This document shows, in pieces, positions 1-13,605 of a DNA stretch of 64,000 nt. Below the pieces are notes generated by a model, which was not told the DNA's origin, made no database searches, and saw only the letters and a program-made list of their open reading frames with translations. The position numbers were made by a program, and so were the translations under genes. The number at the start of each line of letters is the position of its first letter. Position 1 is the first letter of the stretch. Source of the stretch: Lama guanicoe (Eukaryota); assembly GCA_013239625.1 (NCBI GenBank), contig MU056000.1:11669175-11733174 (forward strand). The letters are read 5' to 3'.

Positions 1-504
1 GTCCATGCTTTTTCCATTATGTTGCACTGACCTACATATAATCTTAACCCCTCTAGAAGGTGTGTAATAAATGTATAAAAGGATAGTTTTAAATTAAAAA
101 GGCTAATTATGTCAAAATACTCATGGAGCTTTGTAGACTTGGAAGAATCAGTTGAGTATTTATGAATGGCTTTTCCATTTATTGGAAAAGCTTAGGGTTC
201 CACAATGCCTTAGTTACTCACACCAAGTCTCAGGTGGTGGGGGGAGGACAGGATAGGAAAAAATCACATATTTCTTTCACAAATTATGGGAGAGGACTAT
301 TGCATAAATACACAGGTTAACAGAATACTCAGTAAGGGATTTAAAACACATAATTTCATACAGCACACAATCACCGTGATTGCAGAATAATAGGTCTTCC
401 TAAACTGGCAACTTCATGAACAAAGCAGCATCAGCAACATTTGCTGATTTCCATAAGGCTCTATTTCAGGAGTAACTGCATAAAGGTCCGAACTCCCTTA
501 CCCA

Positions 505-980
505 ATAATCCAACTACATGCTGTCTGCAAGAGACACACTTTAGATTAAAAACCTACTATGTTGAAAGTAAAAAATTTAAAAAGAGATATACCATACAAG
601 CTGAAGCAGCTATCCCAATATCTTAGAGATAGAAATTGTTACTAGAGACAAAAGACATTGCATTGCGATAAAAAAAAGTTGATCCATCAAGAAGATGTGA
701 TATTGACACGTGTATTTACACTTAATAACAGAGTCCCAAAATATGTGAAGCAAAAACTGACAGAATCGGAGAGAGAAATGGACAATTCAACAACAATATT
801 TGGAGACTTCAATTTCCCACTTTCAACTAGACAGAAGAGCAAAAAAGGAACTAAAAGACATGAACAACACCATAAACTACACCAGATGGACCTTTATCGA
901 ACACAACACCAACAACAGCAGAACACTCCCTCTTCTCAAGAGCATGTGGAACTTTCTCCAGGATAGACCATATGTTAGAC
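505..980 (+). mobile_element. Old L1 fragment, ORF2 endonuclease region (frameshifted)
   Basis: Peptides PTTCCLQETHF, IHQEDV...NNRVPKYVKQKLTE and STTIFGDFNFPLS match L1 ORF2p APE-endonuclease motifs (CCLQETH, GDFNTPLS) in different frames. Confidence 0.9.
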
Positions 981-981
981 C

Positions 982-1255
982 AAAATCCCTCACCTAAAAC
1001 TCTTTGGGCCATATGTGTTTCAGAATTCCAAACTGTCCAGATTTTTAAAATATGGTATGGTGTATTTTCATTGTATTATGTAATACCCCACACCCTCAGC
1101 ACGATCTGGGTCAACGGGCTATAACCAATCACAATATTTCTATGGCAAAATATATGAACACTGTCACTACTCAAGATAAAGACTATAAATAGCATCAACT
1201 CAGGTCAGGAGATGTTTTGTCACCAAATAAATCACACACAAAAAAGTTTTTAAAC
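982..1255 (+). mobile_element. MER46C-like Tigger-family DNA transposon remnant
   Basis: aaatccct...ttgggccatatgtgtttcagaattc...gataaagactataaatagc...caggtcagg resembles the recalled MER46C consensus. Confidence 0.7.
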
Positions 1256-1269
1256 TCTTGCTCCTATTT

Positions 1270-1770
1270 TCAACACATTTTCAAATGGCTCTGCTTTTTT
1301 TCATCTCTACTGCATCATCCTAGTATGAGCCACTGTTATGTCCTTCCCACCCATCGGGGAGCATTCTAACAGCACTCCTGCTCTCAGCCCAGGCTCCCTC
1401 CAGTCCAGGCTTTACAAAGCAGCTAAAAGTGTCTGTTATTATATTACTCCTCTGCTTGAGATTCTCCAATGACTTACCATTGCTCTTAGGATGAAGCACA
1501 CATTCCTCACGATGGCCTGCATGGGAGGGTGCACCTCTACCTCCCCATCTACTCCTCCTCACTCATGGTCCTTTTTATTCCCTTCAGCGCTACAAGCTGT
1601 TTCCTCCTGAGGGTCTTTAGTCTAGCTGCTCTCCCTTCCTGCATGCTCTTCAAAGAGTTTTTCAAAGGAAGGATCATCATCAATCTGTCTTCAGGTCCAA
1701 ACTCAGATGTCACCTCTTCACAGAAGACTTTCCCTAACCCTTCTGTCTAGATGCACTTAGCCTTCTCCAT
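1270..1770 (+). mobile_element. L2 LINE fragment (continues at ~3020-3225 after an L1 insertion)
   Basis: L2-type motifs such as ctccaatgacttaccattgctcttaggatgaa and tcaggtccaaactcagatgtcacctcttc. An L2 3' terminus (gcagtgcctgc...tattgaatgagtg) follows at ~3180-3222. Confidence 0.7.
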
Positions 1771-1776
1771 GCTACT

Positions 1777-3015
1777 TTTAAAAAAATAAACTGAATTTTA
1801 GAGCAGTTTCAGATTTACATAAAAGTTGCAAAGATAATTCAAAGAACCCCCACATAGGCTGCACACAGTTTCCCTTACTGTCACCCTCTTCCATTACTAT
1901 GGTACATTTGGCACAAATAATAAACCAACACTGGTACATACTATTGACGAAGAGCCACACTTTACTAGGATTTCACTAGTTCTTCCCTACGTCCTTTTTC
2001 TGTTCCAGGATTCCATTCCAGGTTATCACATTACATTCACTCATCACCTTTCCTCAGCTTCTTCTAGTCTCTGAGAGTTTCTAAGACTTCCCTTGTTTTT
2101 CCTTCACAGTGTTGAAGCGTACTGGTCAGGCATTTTATAGACGGTCCCTCAGTTTGGTTTGGTCTACTGCTTTTCTCATGGTTACAACCAGGGTGACGGG
2201 TTTTTAAGGGGAAGACCACAGAGGTGAAGCAGTCTCATCACATAATATCAAAGGCACATGTTATCAACATGAACTGTCACTGTTAAACTCGGCCCCCTGG
2301 CTTAGGCAGTATTTGCCAGGCTTGTCTACTGTAAAGCTACTCCCCTTCTCCTCTTCTTACCCTGTAACCAGTTGACTCTTTGGAAACAAGTCACTAAGTA
2401 CAGCCCACACTCAAGGGTCAGGGGGAACTGAACCCCGCCTCCTGGAGGGGGCACTATATAAATAAACTATTTGGAATTCTTCTGTAAGGAAGATTTGTCT
2501 CTTTCCCTCCATTTACTTATTCATTCAATCATTTATTTATAACAATGTGCACTCATGGATATTTATATTACAGCTTAGGTTGTAATTCAATACCACATTA
2601 TTTATTTCATTGATCAAATTGTTTCAGATTTAGCCACTGGGGGCCCTTTCAGGCTGGCTCTTGTGTTCCCCTTTGCTATGCCTCATCCTTCTGTTTTATT
2701 GAGCACCTCTTTACTTTCTGGAACAAGATACTCCAGTCTCATCTTGTAGAAGATGAGCATCTTGTATAAGACTGGTTCCTTTTACTGGAGAATGGTACTG
2801 GAAACCAAAATCTGATGCTAGGTAAGTTTATTATTACTGAAGTGTTACCATTGGGCCCTCTCAACAAATAGAGCTAAGAAATGGATGTGTGTATACTAAC
2901 CTATGCATAAGCACGTATCTATAAATATTTCTATATGTAATCTTTTGTATCTACATTAAGCAAAACATGAATTTATACTGATGTTTCCAACTAAAATCCA
3001 GTACCACATGGTCCC
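1777..3015 (-). mobile_element. L1MC/MD-type 3' UTR inserted into the L2
   Basis: ttttagagcagtttcagatttacataaaagttgc... is the reverse complement of an old L1M 3' end. Confidence 0.75.
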
Positions 3016-6000
3016 TTTTTTAATCACACAGTTTGTTTTCCATTGAATTATTACCATAATCTAGAATTACTTAGTTTATTTGCTTATTGTTTACTAGTTG
3101 TCCCTCATCATCAAGAATTTAAATTTTAGAAGCAGAGGTCTTACCTGTTTCAACAAACTGTGTAGCTCTAGAACATAGAGCAGTGCCTGCAACATGTCAG
3201 TGATTAATTTATTGAATGAGTGGAAAAAATCAATAAAAAGTATTAATTATTTAATTCATAGTAGGAAAAAACATGAAATATTTTAAGGCTGCCCCTTGAC
3301 ATGAGTAAGATCATCTTCTAAACAAAAAAAGACACATATTAATCCATTGTTATGCCCTGTTATATTAATAATCTCTATGCATTCATTGTCACTTGGCATT
3401 GAAATTTTCCCACAAGCAATTCAAAGAATGCTTGATGATTTTCTCCTAAAGTTTACTGTAGTAGAGCTTAATCATGTCCAAAATGAACTAAGATATTTCT
3501 GCCACAGATTTTCTTTTATGTAATGTATACTACCTTCAGTCTTAGGAGGGTGTAGTTCAGAGAGAAGAGGCACACAAGAGGTAGGAGGTTCCTTCACCAA
3601 ACTCTTCAATGAGGTTTCAATATCCTTTCCCCATAGTCTAAGAACCATGTGTCACTCAAAGCTACCCAAAAAGTTTTGGTACAATTATTTGTAATTTTGT
3701 TAGCTTAGCATTTTTCTACTGCTTCTCAAATGGCTGAAAAGTCTTGTCTAGATCTGAAAATGCCTTTAATAGAAGCTATGATTTCTATTATTAAGTACAC
3801 TTACATACTGCCATTAAGCATGACTGAGAGTCCACCGTGAAAGGTGAAGGACAGATTGGGAGGGGACTGAAAGATAGTTTTGCATTCAGGATTTCCTTTC
3901 ATCCTCCAGGTTAGTGCTTGAGCATGCTTGGTCCTAGAGAACACAGTGTGGGCAAGGACTGTCACCCCCATTCACTGAGTCTTTCTCTCTGGAGAACTGG
4001 AGGTTCCCCAGGAAACTGCCCACCCACTTACCCCCAGTAAAAAGATAAGGGTAAGATGTTGTCAACAAGAGGAAGAAAGAGATTGAAGAAGGAAAAAAGA
4101 AATATTTACTGAATGCTCAATGCGTGCCTGGCAAATCCTGTGCTCTTTACTATTGTGCTCTGAAGGTTACAACAAATTTTACCAAAATTGGGTGAAGCTT
4201 TTTATTTTCTTTATTTTTTTCTTTCAAATTAATAGAGAGGACACTAACATACACATTTATATTAAAGTCCAAATGTAGCATAGAAAAGAAGTTGATACTG
4301 GGGAGTGGGTGGGGAGGAGAAATGAGCTAATGCACCTCTGGTGGCTTCTGGAATATTCTTTCACAAGGATACAAGTAAAATCCTTTAATATTTGTGAGAG
4401 ATGTTATCCTTCTTCAAATCTTTTTTTTTTTTTAAAAAGCCTAAACAACCAAAGGAGCCTGTGTAAATTTCTTGAAATAGTTCCTTGTTTATTTGAACTA
4501 TTTTGCACTTCAGAGTCACAACACATCAGTGTCAGGGCACAACTGCAAGTCCATATATAACAAAGGCGTGCCCAGAGGGCTCCTGAAACAAGAGCTCCAC
4601 GCACATGGGGAGGGTCCCCTGGGCCCAAATTAAGCCTCGGCCACTTGCACATAATTAGCATACCAAAATGAGAAGTGAAACCAAAAGGCGCATTAGGGCA
4701 AAGGAACTCTGTTCCTCTGTTAGGGGTACACTGCCCAGGTGTCACCAGCAAAGTGAACTATGTTGAAGAGATGACAACTGGAGAAAAAAACAGAGTTTCA
4801 GAAAGCAGCTTTCAGAACATACCACCCCTAAAAGGAGGACTGAATAAGAAATGTCTCCTCCATAAGTTCTCCTGTGGACTTCACTTACACGGACATGCTT
4901 CTGGGTTTTTGTCATGCCTTCCCAACACGACTGTTTCCAGTCCACCTCTACTTCTGTGGGACTTCATTTGGCTAAATCATAAGAACAGCTGTTGAATGAT
5001 GAGTTATGGGCACCAGGAGGATGCTGTCAAAGAGCCAAGGATCCAGAAAGCACAAGGCACAGTGCAGTTTTTCTTGGCCCAGTCCTCCGTGTCTGCCATC
5101 CATTTACTTGTAATTGTAGGTGATTATCTCGTCCACTCCCTGCCGCTCTGAAGGGTCGGAAGCACTCCAGCATTGCCCTCGGAGTCTTCCAGCTCTACTC
5201 TTAGAAGGTCCGAAAATAGAACGAAGCTGAGTTTCCTTTGTTCCAATCCCTTCAGCAAACATCAGTCACATCACAGCAAAGCCACACACCAAGGCAAAGC
5301 AGGAAATGAGTAAAGGAGAAATAGCCTGTTCTCTGGCTGCATCTCCCTGTGTTGGAATACTGCACTCTCCAGTGGAAAATCATTTCTGAAGTTCTGTTAC
5401 AACTATACAAACTGCTCATCCAGAGGAAAAAAAAATGTCACCTTGCTTTCAGCCAGGTGACAGATTTCATACCAAAAAAAAGGATACCCAGTAGACATTC
5501 TAAGCAGTTCATCTTTACCCACGATCATACAGTAAAACTTCCTACAAATTATTCAAATTCTCTGAACAAATGCTAGATGAATTCCTTCAACCAGTGACAA
5601 CCTCAAGAAAGTAAGTGTGTCACACATGGGTAATTTCACATTCAAGGAGTCTTTTTTCATGACATTTTATTTTTTGAAAAGAGCAGATATGTCTCACTGG
5701 AAGCTTTTTTTTCTTTCATTCTAGACTTTTAAAAATAGATCCTGCTCTTAAGACTTTTTCCTATGGTCTGAAGAATGGAACATATTTTTCCCAGGCAGAT
5801 TCAGAATCAGATTATCAGATCAATTTAAGAACAGGTTTAGAAATGATAGCCAGTGGATGGCTAATGTGTGGGAGATAAATGCAGCTTGATTTCCTTAAGT
5901 CATATTCTCACGGCAGAAATGTGAACATGCTGGTTCTCTCTACCTGACCATAACACTCATTTCATTCATTCATTCATGTCACAGTATTCACTGAATGCCC

Positions 6001-8009
6001 ATAAAGTGACCAAGAAAATCGATATTAAGCTACATTGAGCTGTGTTACATAATATGCTCTAAAAATCTGTCCCACTCAAAAGTTTCTTCCTTCTATGGGC
6101 AGCTGATTAGAGGCATCAAGAAAGCAAAAAGGAGAAAGGGTCAAAAGGAAAATACACTTAAAAAGAGCTAGAAAAATGTAGAAAAGCAGATCCATGTGGG
6201 GAAGAAAGTTCTGGAGAGCACCACCCATCAGGACCACATCAGCCTCCGTCCTCCCTCCGTAAAGGATAAAAGCAAACACCATCCCACAATGCCCTCAGTG
6301 GCCTCCATCTCTTTTTACTGCCGTCTCAGGACCACCTGGCTTTGAAGCAAACTGTAAAATCACCATACACATGGCCTGTACAGTAAATAAGTTGGCTATA
6401 GTAGGAGACAAAGTGCAATTTCTGTATTTTATTCACTAGAGGATCATTAATCTGTTCTAGTGAATAAAATGCAGACTTGAGTGTTTTAAGAATTAGTCAG
6501 CAAATGAAACAAAAATAATTTCAAAGGCCGGGGGTTGCCTCATGATGTGTTCTTAGTTTATTTAGACATTTTTAATTATCTATAAAATATGTCAGTACAT
6601 GCATTTAAATATTACACTTTACCATTGTTTCTCAGTTATTCAGGCATGGTGATAAAAAGCTTCCCCTCTGCCTGTTATTTGCTATTAAACCTACAGAGAA
6701 TGTTAATAAGAGCAACAGTTAGAGAAAAAGTGAAAGAAAAGGGGTGGCTTTACCACTTCAACCAGGCTGTATGCCTGCAGACATTTTTAATCCATAAAAT
6801 ACAAATACCTGAAGTATTTCAAATGATAGCATGCAATGCTGATAAAATTCATGCTCTGATGTTTTCTTAATACGTTTTCAAAATCACAGTCAGTTTTCAA
6901 TGATAATTCGTCAGCTTCTTCTACTGCATCAGTGACATCATGGGAACAACTTAATCACTTCTGAAGGAAGAAACACCCCTTTCAGGACAGAGCCCCATTT
7001 AGGAAAATAATGATCACAAGGTCCTCAAGAAGTTCATTAAAGTTCTAAACGTTTTGCAAATAGCTCCAGAAGCTGTACCTTAGAAACGTAGCCAAGATGA
7101 ACCTACCTGGTGCCAACTTCCTCTCTAATTCCAAACTATCATGATAAATCCCAGGGTTTTAAGACTATGGATAAAAATAAAAAAGACTCTCAAAGTCCTC
7201 CTTCTTCCTAGGAGACCCTCCAGTCATTCTCACTGCTGTAAGAAGACTTGTTCCTGACAGCCCATCATATGAGCTTTAAGGAAAAGCAGCAAGGGGAATA
7301 CTAACACAAGTGTTACAGGTGAGCGAAAATGGCCAGGGCCCTATTATCTGCAGAGGAAGGTGGCCCCATGCAAGTCTCCATCCCTACTCTTCAAGTCCTC
7401 TGCCAGTCCTTTCCCCTGGTGCTCTGAGCAACGGAGGAGGAAGGAAAGCGGAGGGATCCCACTGCTCGCGGTGACTGATGCTCAGCCACCTGCCTGTGCC
7501 TTTGTGATTGCCACTCGGGGAGCTCTGGGGCTTCTTCTGCTCACCCCCCCGCAACCAACAAGGGTCTCTCCAAAGCACAAACACACACGGGTGCCCAATG
7601 ACAATGCTGAATAGCACTGTCCTGTGCTTTGGCCTCTTCAAAAGCATCTCATGACTCTGATTATGAGCAGACTTCAATAAAGACCCAGGGGGAGGGACAC
7701 CTGGAGAATAAATATGTTCCCATGTGCTGAGATCATTATATCTTATTACATCTGACTTGCTAATAATATGCAGATGCATTCTTTATTATCAATAACAAAT
7801 TTGGTCAGAAACCCAGGTGGGCTCTCCTACAAAAAGCAGGGAGTAAAAAGACAGAGGCAAAGAATGACATGGAAAGAAGAGTCATTAATTTCATTTTGGT
7901 GGCAACAGACTGAAGGAAACAACGGGGACCTGTAAGCACTGTTGCTGTAAGCAAATGAAGGTCCCCATCTGTTAAATGACAAAACAGGTAAAAATAATCA
8001 GAGCCAACA

Positions 8010-8165
8010 TTAAAATGGCACCTACTACGTGCTAGCACTACTCTAAGCACTTCATATGTATATATGTATTTAATCCTCAAAGTGTGTGTAAAATAGGTGC
8101 CACTGTTATTTTTTATAGATGAGTTGCCTGAGGCAGAAATAGTTGAGCCACTCTTCCAAGGTAGC
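8010..8165 (-). mobile_element. MIR SINE
   Basis: ctaagcacttcatatg...tttaatcctca...ttttatagatgag...ctgaggcaga is the MIR core in reverse. Confidence 0.75.
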
Positions 8166-9039
8166 ATACCTATTGTCTTCCATTAACATTCTGTTTTTCT
8201 GTTTAGATTTTATAGTCCATCTCTTATAACAAGTTTAAAGTTTCCCATACAATACTTTATCTAGTAAATGTTATCTCTTCAAACACTTCTATCTCTTGAA
8301 AAGTACTGAAAGCATTCATAAACTTGAATATACTAGCTTAATTAGTTTAGAATATCACCAACATCTCAAAATAAATTTGGTCTTATGTGTTCTTAGATTC
8401 CACTAATTTTATACCATACTATGAGATTCAAAACAAAATTAGCTTTTACTCTTAAGATAACATTAATGCATCATCTTGAATATGTTAATCAATAAAAGAG
8501 ATTCTGCAAGTAGGTAGAAAGGTAAATGCATGTTAATTACTTCTAATGTCTTAATTAACTCCTACTGCTGATGATACAGTAATTAAGGTTTAAATATATA
8601 GGCTACATCATCAGTTTTCTACTGGATCATGTTGCTGAGCATCGCTAAAAATCTCACAAAATGGGAAGGTTTAGACACATATTCTCAAAAAAATCTAATC
8701 TCAATGAGAAAAACAAGGAAAGCTAAGGTTTTAGACTCATTGCAACATATTTCCCTCATGCACACCTGCTTCCTGATTAGCTGCTCCGTTCCTTCTCTGT
8801 CCCCTTGTCCCTCTGAACACCAAGAGGTGCATCATGTTAATAATCACTTCTGAAAGTTCTTGAGGATATGTATCAAGCACCACTGATAGAGTAAACTCCC
8901 ATATATTTTTTTTAACCTTCTTTATTTCTGAGCCCTGGGAGAGAAGTAATTGTGGTGCTGTTGACTGATCTGGACCTGATGAGGACCAAATACAGAGCCC
9001 AGGGTAAGTTGATAGTGCCATTTTAGAGGCTCTCTCCCA

Positions 9040-9535
9040 TGGTAGATTAAAGATGTCCATCCTCTTTAAAGAAGGGCAGACTCTAGAGGTGGAGTCTATT
9101 TTTCCCTCTCTTGAATCTGGTTGGTCCTGTGACTAACGTGAATCAACGGAATTCAGCAGACATAAAACCATGTCTGCTGAGCCAAAGCTGGGCCTTAAGA
9201 GATCTACAGCTTCCACTTTCACACTCTTGGAAACCAACCATCATATTGTGAGACATCCAAGTCACATAGAAAGAGAAGTGAGGTACCAGGTGGCAGCCCC
9301 AATGAGCTTCCAGCCAACAGCCAGCACAAACAACAAGTAGAATGAGTGAGCCATTCTTGGCTGTTTCAGTCCAGTCAAACTGATGGATGAGTACAGCTCC
9401 AGAATGACACCACATGTGGAGAAGAACCTCCCAACTGATCTCAATCAACAGGTAGACTCTTAAGAGATAATAAACGATAGTTGTTGTTTTAAACCATTAA
9501 GTATTTTAAGGAGCTTGTTATACAACAATACAAGG
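9040..9535 (+). mobile_element. MLT1-type (ERVL-MaLR) LTR
   Basis: gaggtggagtctatttttccctctcttgaatctgg...cagcttccactttc...cagccaacagccagcac...gttgttttaaaccattaag pattern. Confidence 0.75.
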
Positions 9536-9629
9536 GCTGAAACCCTGCTTGACTCAGCATAACACAGGATAAATTGTGATAGACCCAGAAACTTCAGGAG
9601 GCTATGATGGAGCTGAGAACACTTTCCAA

Positions 9630-9892
9630 CTGGGGCAGAGTGGCTAAGATCGTGGACCCTGGAGCCAGACTATGCATCCTGGCTTTGCCTTCTACTAGAT
9701 AGAGATGTACGCAGTAGAAGTTACTTAACTATTCTGTGCCTCATTTTCACTTTGTATAAAATAGAGATAATAATATTCTCTACCTCATAGGTTTGTTTTG
9801 AAGATTAAATATCAGTAGCATTATGTATAAAGCACTCAGAACAGTGCCTGGCACAAAGTAACTTTGGGTAAATGTTTTCTCTCAATATTATC
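9630..9892 (+). mobile_element. MIR SINE
   Basis: gtggctaaga...ctggagccagact...gttacttaac...ctgtgcctca...ctacctcatagg...agaacagtgcctggcaca. Confidence 0.85.
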
Positions 9893-12261
9893 ATTCAGTC
9901 TTTATTCTGCTCTGTGTCCAAGGAACCACAGCTATGGGAAGGCTCTATACTTAGAACAAAGGGATATGGAAAGTGAAGGGAAGGACCATAACACCATTCC
10001 TGTTTGAGAAAATGTATCTCTGCCGTGCCATTAAAGCATGAATGTGATCAATGCTAAATCTGATTGGCCTCATACCAGCAAAGGAGAAAACCAAAAATCA
10101 GAGTAAGTGCCCAGTTATTGGGTCATCAATAATGGAAGTGCCAGACAATTAGTCAAAGTTTATCTGAAAATAAACTATTCATATGCATAACAATCTGCGC
10201 TTTGGGAACCTTATAACTGATTTCTGTACATTAAGAATACTGAGATTTATATGCATATAATGTGGTCCTGGAAAGTTATTTTCTCAGGCATGATCTGAAA
10301 TATCATCATCATACTCATATCAGTGTTGCTTCTGAATATTATTTTGTAGTTCACTGGAGCAAACAGATTAGGCCACAGATTACAACAATGTTTGCGAATG
10401 TCATAACAAAATGAATCCTAAATGTGTCAGCAATACCAGGTTAGTTTTTAAACTTTAGTAGTTTTTTTCTTTTGAATTTTTGGTCATATCTTATACACAT
10501 TGTGGGGAACTGCTTTTCTTAAAATAATTATTGATTGTCTTTTTAAGATGAAACAAAATACAGTAGTAATCAATTCATGTTGCTGTAAGATTAGAATTAG
10601 TAAATAGTACTTTTTGCCCCAAACTTTTGTCTCTTCTTTGTTTTAAAATTACTCAAGGACCTATTTTTACTTACTTCAAAATGAATCATCCCAAATGAAT
10701 TAATATTTAGTGGCCATAAGTTAGAGGTTCTGAAATATTTAGCAATCTATTTCAGCTCTTGAACTGAAATAGACTGGTCACAGCACTTCCAATGGGGCTT
10801 TTCACTGGAAACTCAAAGTTCTCCATTTCCCATCTCACATCTCTATTTATAAAATTATTGTAGCTTCAATTATACTCCTCATGTCCTACTATCTGAACAT
10901 GATTCCATCTGGTTTTCAAGACAAATATGATGGATCTATAAATTGATATGCAAGTAGTTCAATCAATTAGAGGTTCTGAGAACATGTGTCAGGTTCTTGC
11001 CTGTCTTCGGCATGATAACATCACTCATCCACATTAGTTATTTGCCTTCTTTCCAAATTATTCATAAGCCTTAGGTCAGCTTGAGAAATTTCATACTTTC
11101 ATTTCATGCCCACTAATCATGCCTCAAATGTTGACTATCAGAGATGCAAATTAATTGCAAACTGTATGAAGGATGCACACATTAAAAACTATGAAATTTA
11201 AATTATTATTTCAGCTTCTAGGTTCCTTCTGCAATTACTAACAATTTCACCTATTTTATATTGCTCAATGCAAACTAAATTTGGTAATTTAAATAGAAAC
11301 AGGGAACATTAGACTTTATTACTTTCTTCCCCTCCTAACTTTTCAAGTTTCTCTTCTTTTTCGTCCCATTAGCTCTTTTGTCTCTGTTTTGAACCTACTT
11401 TTTTATGTCTGCTAAACTTCAGCCCCATGTCATTATTAGATCTCATCAATTATACATTATACTGATTTAGCTTAAGGTGTCATTCTTAGTATTTTTTATC
11501 TTACATTCCACCAGTCTATTCCAAGGACCTGAATCAGTTCGACCATACAAACAAACAAGCAAACAAACACAAAAGCTAATTTCCCAAGGGTTTTAGTAGG
11601 CTTATGGGCATTGTGTTATTATGTGATTATATACAAAAAGTTTTAAGAATATGTACAATTTCAGTAGTATTATTGAGAGTAACTGTTGGGAATACTTCTG
11701 CATCCACTATGTAGTTGAACAGAGCAATGAATGAAAGTAGCTAAAATTTAAGTGTGAAAAAACCTCACATGAAAAAGAAAGCCTAGTTAAGTGAAAAGAA
11801 TGTTCAGAACAAGTAGGTTCAATCTCAGTTTCCAGACTAGTAAAATTTTGCTTTAGTTGAATCCATTTTCCATAAATGGAGCCATTTAGGGCTCTAATGC
11901 TTAAATTAACAAAATATGACTAGAATTAATTGTGTAACATTTCTAATTTAAAAAATTGACTTAATTGGGGTATAAGACATTTTACTAACTTGACCTTTTA
12001 GAAACAAAGATGAGGATAGTTTCACCAATAAAAAACAAATTGATAAAGGAAACCATTTGAATAAAACGGCTTTTGAGTTTCTCAGATAAAAGTGTCACAG
12101 ATTTCTCAAAGCACATCTCTACAAATTCTAAATCTTGGTTTTACTGTAATTTGCATAAAATGTCTTAAGTAGCATATGTAAATACTCTTAGTAATAACTG
12201 AGCTCAAGTGCACTCATGTTTAGCAAAATTATTTCGGGGGAAAAATGTCACAAATGTTTAC

Positions 12262-12417
12262 CTGGCAAGGTTGTTTCATTTTAATGGCTATGACATGGTA
12301 TCTGTAACAGCAGAGTTCACAGGTCCAAGAACCTCTCTCACTAATCCACTTTAGCAAGCACAGCTGATGTGTATACCGAACTGACCCATCGCATCGGCAG
12401 GGGTTTAACAGCTCCCC
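12262..12417 (-). CDS. MARCHF11: MARCHF11 coding exon 2 (156 bp, 52 codons), remainder of the C4HC3 RING-CH zinc finger
   Basis: Translates as [52 protein letters not shown]. Acceptor TTTCCTTTTCAG|GGG and donor CAG|GTAAAC are both phase 0. It joins in frame to exon 1 to give CKIC...CRC...H..C...CELC. Confidence 0.97.
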
Positions 12418-13605
12418 CTGAAAAGGAAACAACTCAGTATCAATATTTAGCTTATGTCTCTGTTTTAAAAATCCAACCCTTGCTTTCTTTTCTTTCAAAG
12501 CCATTTACTCAGAAGGATACAAGCATCAGACTCTATCTTAGAAAATGAAATTAAATTTTTATACCTCTGATGGGAATGAAACTAAAGTCTTAAAACTATT
12601 TCAAAGATATTACTTAGAGTTATGACATAAATGTTCTACCAACATACAAAATGTCTGCAAGATATAGCTCCCAATACCCTTGGGGAAAAGCTGTACTATT
12701 AAATCTCTTTAATAACTTTTAAGTGGATGGTCAGATGCATTTCCTCTGCAGTTATTCTTGATCATTGCTAAAGAAGAAATGCATGCCATCCCAGAAAGCA
12801 GCTTGCAATAGCATTATGCTTTTATTTTTTCTAAATGTAGCATCATAAATATTGACTTAGGGCACTATATTCCTGAAAGCCTGCATATTCTTATGCAATT
12901 TCCTTACTTATAAGTATATTAAACCTAATGTTTTCTCAGACCACACATTTTGTGAGAGATGTATTATCCTGTTATTTCCATGATTACTCTAAGTTCGCAT
13001 GCACCTCTAATGGAGCTTATAATTTTAGAATTGTGTTTCTAATAACATATAAAGTACATTGTTGGCAAAAAATAGGCTTTCTTTCACAAGGTCAAAGTAT
13101 ATGTTTATTTCTCTTGTGAAAAGGTAACATTCTTCTCACATTAGTGAGACTGTCACCAAAATTTACAAAAAGGAAAGACTGCACTTTTTAGTTTTGACAT
13201 GACTCACCTCCAGTTTGTACCCTAAGGTTATCTGCTTCACGATACACTTGTAAATAAAGAACTATAGGTTTGTTTCTATGTATAAGCCAAAATCCATTTA
13301 GCAATTTACAAAAAATATATACTTATAGCATTATCATTAAAGCACCTGAGGAATGTGTAACTGCAAAACTAGGTAGAAAAAGAAGTGTACACCAAATTAA
13401 ACACTGTATTCGCCACCGGGACATTTTTATTCGCCTTCACAGAAAAGAAAAAAGAAACACACAGCAGCCTCCACTCAAGGACTCAGCGGAGAACTGAGAT
13501 GTGGGCGCTGTCCGTGGTGCTGAAAGGTCGGCAGCGCGCGAGGGAGCCAGCCCAGCCCCGACCGGAGCCCACCGCCAGCTGCCACGGGGTCCCGCCGGGC
13601 CTTAC
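12418..13605 (-). other. MARCHF11: MARCHF11 intron 1 (1188 bp, GT-AG)
   Basis: Lies between the exon 1 donor and the exon 2 acceptor. Confidence 0.93.
13504..13524 (-). promoter_or_regulatory. RE1/NRSE element (REST/NRSF binding site)
   Basis: The reverse complement of ggcgctgtccgtggtgctgaa is TTCAGCACCACGGACAGCGCC, identical to the canonical 21-bp RE1 consensus. Confidence 0.92.

Larger units (their letters stand above)
1..12261 (-). other. MARCHF11: MARCHF11 intron 2, partial; exons encoding the transmembrane region lie beyond the left edge
   Basis: Follows the exon 2 donor. No continuation peptide (transmembrane segment) appears in the ORF track for 1-12261. Confidence 0.85.

Noticed and set aside
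441..997. Endonuclease-like ORFs as a domesticated gene
   Set aside because: The motifs are split across three frames with stops, so this is a decayed L1 ORF2.
12229..12504. 91-aa single-exon ORF containing the RING-CH peptide
   Set aside because: Only 12262-12417 is exon, bounded by canonical splice sites; the flanking residues are intronic read-through.
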